Shown: positions 21,089 to 26,780 of the stretch, in pieces
Position numbering within the stretch: the stretch's first letter is position 1
How the letters are laid out: each line of letters opens with the position of its first letter
NCBI GenBank assembly: GCA_002269645.1
Contig: NIVC01005082.1
Location: 1-26,780 of the forward strand
Direction: 5' to 3'
DNA: 26,780 nucleotides
DNA from: Macrostomum lignano
Lineage: Eukaryota
Notes under the pieces: model-generated
Told to the model about the DNA's origin: nothing
What the model saw: only the letters and a program-made list of their open reading frames with translations
The model's database searches: none
Made by a program: the position numbers and the translations under genes

Positions 21089-22793
21089 ATGATTTCGCAA
21101 CTAATAATACTTTGTTTGCTATCCACCGGTAAGATACCTAATCCATTTCGCAACTCACTTTGACCCAAATATCCCTGAACTCCCAATTAATTGCTATTTC
21201 AGCCACCTGCGTGACTGCCAGCCAAGCTCCTGAGCAAGAGTACTACCTGGTCGATGAGCCCGTTACCATCAACGCCTCGGTGAGCAGCGAAGTGATCAAT
21301 GTGACCGGGGTGGCTTCCGAGATCGACTGCGTGACGAGGTGCCTGTCGAGAGGCTGCTCAGTGGCGGTGGCTCACGAGAGCATCGGGCTCTGCCAAATGG
21401 CCATGGTGTACGAAGGCCACTCGTCCGGGAGTCGCGTGCAGAGGCTGCTGGGCTCGGAGGCCGGAGCCAGGGTCTGGACGTTCGACGCACCGCTAATTCA
21501 CCTAAACTTCAGCATTGAGTTTCTCAGTAAGGACTTCTGCAAAATTCCAAAGTTTCGTTAGATCTGCGAATATTTATCTCTCTATGCTAAACTCCATCTT
21601 CCAGACTCCAGCACCGGTAGAAACGGCACCATCCAGCAGCTGCTGATCGACACCACCCACTGCTACCGGATTGAAGCTGCCGGTGCCAGCGGGAGTCCCG
21701 GGGCTCGACAACCGAGCGGTCGAGGAGCTGTCATGGCAGGCAACTTCAGCCTGACTGCCGGCACCCTGCTGACCATTGTTGTCGGACAGCAGGGGGGCCC
21801 CGCTAGCGGTGATGGCGGCGGAGGTGGCGGCGGAGGCAGCTTTGTGTACACTGTCAACGCCTCTGGCAACCCGCTGCTGCTGCTAGCTGCTGGCGGAGGC
21901 GGCGGTGGCTGCTACTATGACGCTGGTAAGTGCCAGAGCAGGGTCTCGTCTGACTGCTGAATCACCTGTTTGAGATGAGAGCCTTCATGCGAACGCGAGC
22001 ATTGGTTATCAAAGAAGAATGAAGCGGATTAAAAAAAATTAAAGAGATAATTAACAATTATTTTCTTGATTAGGACTCATTATTTGACATCATCAGGGTT
22101 GAATTATTTAACGAACGAGTGACTGAGCAAATTTAAAGTATGTACAGCTAGAGGAGAATGAGCAAAAGCAATGACTATGGCCCTAACCTTTGATTGATGG
22201 ATTGGTTGATTGATTGATTGACTTATTGATTGATTGGTTATTTACAAGCTTACTACTTACTATTAGTAGTCAGTTATCAAAGTTAAAGCTCCTGTCGTGT
22301 TTCAAAATTCAGGTGCTGATGGCTCAGGAGACGAAAGAGGCACGAACTCAGTTGCTGGGGATTCTGATTACTCTGGCTACGGCGGCAGCAACGGTCAGGC
22401 GGCTTCAGCAATTCTGATAATAATGACGAAGACTACTACCCCGGCGGCTGCGGCGCCGGCTGGTTTGGCAAGAATACCAACGCTAAAGCCACGCAGCACG
22501 ACGGCGACCACGGTGGAAGCTTGGCTGACGGCTGGGTCGGCGGAGCCGTTAACACCAACTATAACGGCGGAACCGGAGGGTTCGGAGGCGGCGGCGGTGG
22601 CGGCAGCACCCCCACGAACGACAATGGCGGCGGCGGAGGCGGCGGCTTCAGCGGTGGCGGCGCCGCTGGCAATCACGGTGGCGGAGGCGGCGGCTCCTTC
22701 TGCGGCGGCCGCGGCTGCGCCGCCATCAGCGGCGGCAACACCGGCAGCGACCAGGGCTTCGTCAAGGTGCAGTCGGTCCTGGATTGCGATTGA
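21089..22793 (+). CDS. Predicted secreted protein, copy 1: signal peptide + PAN/apple + ALK/LTK-type glycine-rich domain (~388 aa)
   Basis: Exons 21089-21128, 21203-21526, 21605-21925, 22313-22793, all with GT-AG phase-1 introns. MISQLIILCLLSTA; PAN core CVTRCLSRGC...C; CYRIEAAGASG..GRGAVMAGNFSL...IVVGQQG..GGGGGGGGSFV...LLLAAGGGGG; GCGAGW; GGFGGGGGG; GGGGFSGG; GGGGGSF; GFVKV. One missing G at ~22398 shifts the frame (assembly error or true lesion). Confidence 0.8.
22190..22237. repeat. (TTGA)n imperfect microsatellite in intron 3 of copy 1
   Basis: TTGATTGATGGATTGGTTGATTGATTGATTGAC... Confidence 0.8.
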
Positions 22794-22876
22794 ACAGTTT
22801 TGATGATAAAACAACTTTGGGTTGAGAATTCGAACGTTTTTGTCAATGTTATTTACCAGCCTAAGTAAGATTTCTA

Positions 22877-23249
22877 GTTAGTTAGAGGCAGGCGGTTGTG
22901 TGTAGCCTGGCGCACTTTAGGCGCGACATTGGCACACAACCGGCGAGAGCCATTACTGGCGCCCATTCCGCCGAATCCCCTGAGCAGGCACACAAGCCCG
23001 CGGATACGTACGCAGTCATACGCACAGGCACACACTCACACAGGAGTTTACAGCGGCCCTGACTTTATTTATCGTTAGGCATGTACACTTCACTGTGCCT
23101 TGGGGGTTGGGCCTCAAAGACGTTAATTTCAGGAGCAGAGCCAAGCCGAGATTCCAATTCAGCCCCAAATTAATGTGACTGCACTTGGTATCGAGCCTGG
23201 GCTGCTGGCACATCAGAGCGCCACGTTGGACCGCTGGGCTTCAGCCCCC
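22877..23249 (-). mobile_element. tRNA-derived SINE (family B), near full length
   Basis: Head GGGGCTGAAGCCCAGCGG (A-box-like) and GGCTCGATACC (B-box-like); short (CTAA)n-like tail; homologous partial copy at 10785-11015. Confidence 0.7.
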
Positions 23250-24574
23250 TACCCGTGACCTGACACAACAATTCTATATAGCACATGCATACGGTTATTA
23301 TTACTACTAGTACATTTTCTTCTTCGTAAACATCATGTACTTTCTGCTAGAAATTGCCTTCATAGTTGCTCCTGTTCTTTTTGCTTTTTTTGCTGTATTT
23401 TTCTTTCACAAAGTAAAAAAGGTTTTTCAATCTGTGATATTTAATTTGGGCCCTTTGGGCCAGTAAGCAACTTCTCTCGGACCTCCCCATGAGGGTGTAA
23501 TTCGAATTTGTAATTTTGCTGTTACACCCTATCGCTCAGCGTGGTGATTACGTAATATACGCCCCGCAGTGTAAAGTGGAAGTTGTGCAACATGCAATTA
23601 GGGAGATTCAAGAGAAGTTGTTTACTTGTGCAAGTTTTAAATGTTGCCATTTCTCTAAGCTCTGCATCATTAACAACCCGATTTGTTCGATTTCGATCGC
23701 AGCTTGTGCACTATGCAGTTCTTTATAACAAATAAACATTGCACAAAAGAATTTTAACACCTGATTCTTATTGTTATTTGAAAATCGTTGTACACGCCGC
23801 AGAGGTGTTCCATTTTAATTATTTAAGCTAAAGTTAAATGTTTGCGGTTAACAATCTTCTCTGTCAAGTAATGTCGCCATGGGCCATACTACCGAACATC
23901 GGTTAAGGAAGCAACTTCTTCGGTTCTAGGAAAGTCTGTTTCTCAAAAAACCTGTGCTTAATGTGCTTAAAAAGCAGTACAGAAGTGTTTTGAGTGAGTA
24001 TTGTCAGCTCAACTAAAAGGGTCTGAAAGTCAGCAGAAAATTGAAAGGGGAGGAGAGAAGCCTCCTACCCTGCTGACGCTGAGCACCTGTCCTCCTGCCC
24101 CTCTCGTCCATTTAGTTGCCAAGTGCCTTTGTTGCCAAGGCGATCTTCTAAGTTATTAACCCGGCCCCCGCCAAAAGAGGAGGAAGATGCTTCTAACTTC
24201 TCAACACCCAACAAGAGTTTCTACTCCTGATCATTGTTCTTTGCTCAGCAAGACTCGCCTGCCGCCTTACTGGTCTTTGCTTTTGTTTTAAGAGGCTCCC
24301 AAATTCACTGGCAAAAACTGAGACAAAAGCTGAAAGCTGCCAGGGAAGCCTGACAGGATTGAGAGGCTGGCGTATTGACGAAGGGTAAAAATAGCGATGA
24401 AGAGGTTGTTTACCTGCCTTCCTTGTGGTATACTTAGGCTATTTAGCAAAATTCTCGCACCACAGAAATTGTGAGGCTCTCCTAATAAGCAGGGGTTCAA
24501 GTCTTTTTTCAAGGCGATACAAATCAAGACTAACCCTGATTTTATAATATTCAATCCTAGTTTTCTTTACTGAA

Positions 24575-26780
24575 ATGATTTCGCAAATAGTACTACTTAG
24601 CCTGCTCTCCACCGGTAAGATACCTAATCCATTCCGCAACTCACTTTGACCCAAATATCCCTGAACTCCCAATTAATTTGCTGATTTCAGCCACCTGCGT
24701 GACTGCCAGCCAAGCTCCTGAGCAAGAGTACTACCTGGTCGATGAGCCCGTTACCATCAACGCCTCGGTGAGCAGCGAAGTGATCAATGTGACCGGGGTG
24801 GCTTCCGAGATCGACTGCGTGACGAGGTGCCTGTCGAGAGGCTGCTCGGTGGCGGTGGCTCACGAGAGCATCGGGCTCTGCCAGATGGCCATGGTGTACG
24901 AAGGCCACTCGTCCGGTATTCGCGTGCAGAGGCTGCTGGGCTCGGAGGCCGGAGCCAGGGTCTGGACGTTCGACAAGATAAGCTCGGGACCTCGGGACAA
25001 CAGGACTTTTATAAGTGAGCATTTATTTCTACTCTTTCACTTCGGCTTGTCTGGAAAGTCGAGAAAATGTGTGAAGCAAGCAAGAAAGAAGCAAGCTGTT
25101 GACATGGTGGACAAAGCTCAAGATCCTGACTTTATCGCCAGCCAAAGTAATAAAAGATCGTTGGCACAGTTCCCTAACAGCAGAAGTCGTAAATTTCAGA
25201 CACCGGAACCGGCCGGACCGGCTCCATCCAGCAGCTGCTGATCAACTCCACCGGGTGCTACCGAATTAAAGCTGCCGGTGCCAGCGGCGGCTCCAGCACA
25301 GCCAAATCAGGCGGTCGCGGAGCCGCCATCGCTGGCACCTTCAGCCTGACAGCCGGTATCCTGCTGACCATTGCTGTCGGACAGCAGGGCGGTGCTGGTG
25401 GATCGCTCAGCTGGGGGGGGCTACACAGGAGCTGGCGGAGGCGGAGGCAGCTTCGTGTACACATTTAACACGACTGGTTTGCCAACACTGCTTCTGGCCG
25501 CCGGCGGTGGTGGAGGCGCCTGTTACACTACTAATGGTAATGCTTTTAATGCCTGTTAATCCAATACACTAAAAATGTTCTGTCGGTATGTGTGTGATCG
25601 GGCCTGACAATGATCAAGGTGGAATGCTGAGGCACATGTAACAAAGCTTCTAGTCTAAGAATTCTTGCTAAAAGGGGCTACTTTTCCTGCTGAATCTCTG
25701 ACATGAATAACAATAGAGACTATCAAACATGGTTGAATGTTTTTTTAGATTTTTTCTTTAGCTGCCTAAAACACATTGCAGTACGAGACCCCTTGCTACC
25801 CCGGCCCTGTCCCCCAGCGACCATGAGAGTGAAATGTAGTATTGTTAGTGGTAAATGTTTCATTCGAATTTAAAGAAGTTGGAAAAAACATCGCAATGGG
25901 CCCGTCAACTTAAGCCCATAAAGTGGAGCCTGAGTAACATATGTACACAAATGATACGCCATTATTGTCACAATGCACTAGAAGGAAGCTGGGTGGTTGC
26001 ACTAAAAAGCGACGAAAAATTGGACTACGTAGGTAGAATAAAAAAATTAACATAGAATCCGATTTTTCTGAACGAGAAGCTTTATGAATATCAATAGAGC
26101 AATAAGAAAGGCGCAAATTATCAAAAGACGAACACTGGATCTGCCTCCTATCAAAAGCAATAAACAATTTTTGTGCTGAAAAAATGAAAACTTCCTATCT
26201 CCGCTGTGTATTTTTTTCGGAGGAAACCTGCCTTCAAACATTTTTCAAAAACGAGGTTTCCTGTCCTTCCACTTAAGCCGTCCTTGATCCGTAACCGTAG
26301 CGCCACTAGCTAGGCAGGATCTCCGTAGTCGCAATCCGTAACCGAATTAAGTTTTAGGGTCCTTCTGCTTCGGTTGTCCATCAGTGACTCTAATATCTCG
26401 TAAAATATACCCCTCCATGGTTAATATTTCAGGCGCGCCGCCGGTTCCGGAGGAACATCCGGTACGGCTTCGATACCCGGTGACACTCCATACTACGGCT
26501 ACGGAGGAGCGAACGGTCAGCCCGGATCCAACAACCCCGCTGGAAGGAAAACAGACTCTTACGTCGGTGGCTGCGGCGCGCGGGTGGCTGGGAAAGGCAG
26601 CAAAAACCACCAAGTAACATGTACGATGGAGGTCGAGGCGGCAGTCTGGCTGATGGCTGGATTTGTGACAGCGCTGGGACTGCTGGCGGCTTCGGTGGCG
26701 GCAGCGGAGGAGCTAATTACCCGATGACGAGTCTCAAACGCCGGTGGCGGTGCGGCGGCTACAGCGGCGGCGGTGCCGGC
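24575..26780 (+). CDS. Predicted secreted protein, copy 2: signal peptide + PAN/apple + ALK/LTK-type glycine-rich domain; runs off the window, with several frameshifts
   Basis: Exons 24575-24614, 24691-25014, 25200-25536, 26433->26780, with the same intron positions and phases as copy 1. MISQIVLLSLLSTA; near-identical PAN; CYRIKAAGASGG..GRGAAIAGTFSL..VGQQGG; YGYGGANGQ; VGGCGA; GGSLADGW; GGFGGG. One extra G in the G8 run at 25413-25420 and several small insertions in exon 4. Confidence 0.72.

Noticed and set aside
21605-22793. Calling the glycine-rich genes ALK/LTK orthologues or PE-PGRS contamination
   Set aside because: There is no MAM, LDLa, TM or kinase region, and the genes have spliceosomal introns and a signal peptide with a PAN domain.
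20770-24672. Paired minus-strand ORFs starting MGVQGYLGQSELRNGLGILPV (20770..21186 and 24439..24672)
   Set aside because: They are antisense readings of the duplicated exon 1/intron 1 region of the PAN-glycine-rich genes.

Overview
Eukaryotic (metazoan invertebrate) genomic DNA: AT-rich introns and intergenic sequence, GC-rich exons, short GT-AG introns, many transposon relics. The gene content and style would fit a free-living flatworm such as Macrostomum, but that is inference only. From left to right: (1) a decayed Merlin/IS1595-type transposase C-terminus; (2) a multi-exon DUF4806/BEN-like pseudogene; (3) a young RTE-like non-LTR retrotransposon whose endonuclease half is inverted relative to its RT half, with the whole unit inside one 9-bp target-site duplication (twin-priming architecture); (4) a two-exon CNC/Nrf-family bZIP gene with an intronic 33-bp minisatellite and a downstream 36-41-bp array that shares its core with the last codons and resembles RFX sites; (5) an intronless M1 aminopeptidase-N pseudogene with five identifiable lesions; (6) a 5'-truncated RNase H-containing LINE with a 13-bp TSD, beside a 77-nt hairpin and a CORE-like SINE; (7) a second tRNA-derived SINE family in two copies; (8) two tandem four-exon genes for predicted secreted proteins made of signal peptide + PAN/apple domain + ALK/LTK-type glycine-rich domain with no TM or kinase, sharing an apparent gene-conversion tract. 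All family assignments come from motif recognition by eye; no database searches were run.
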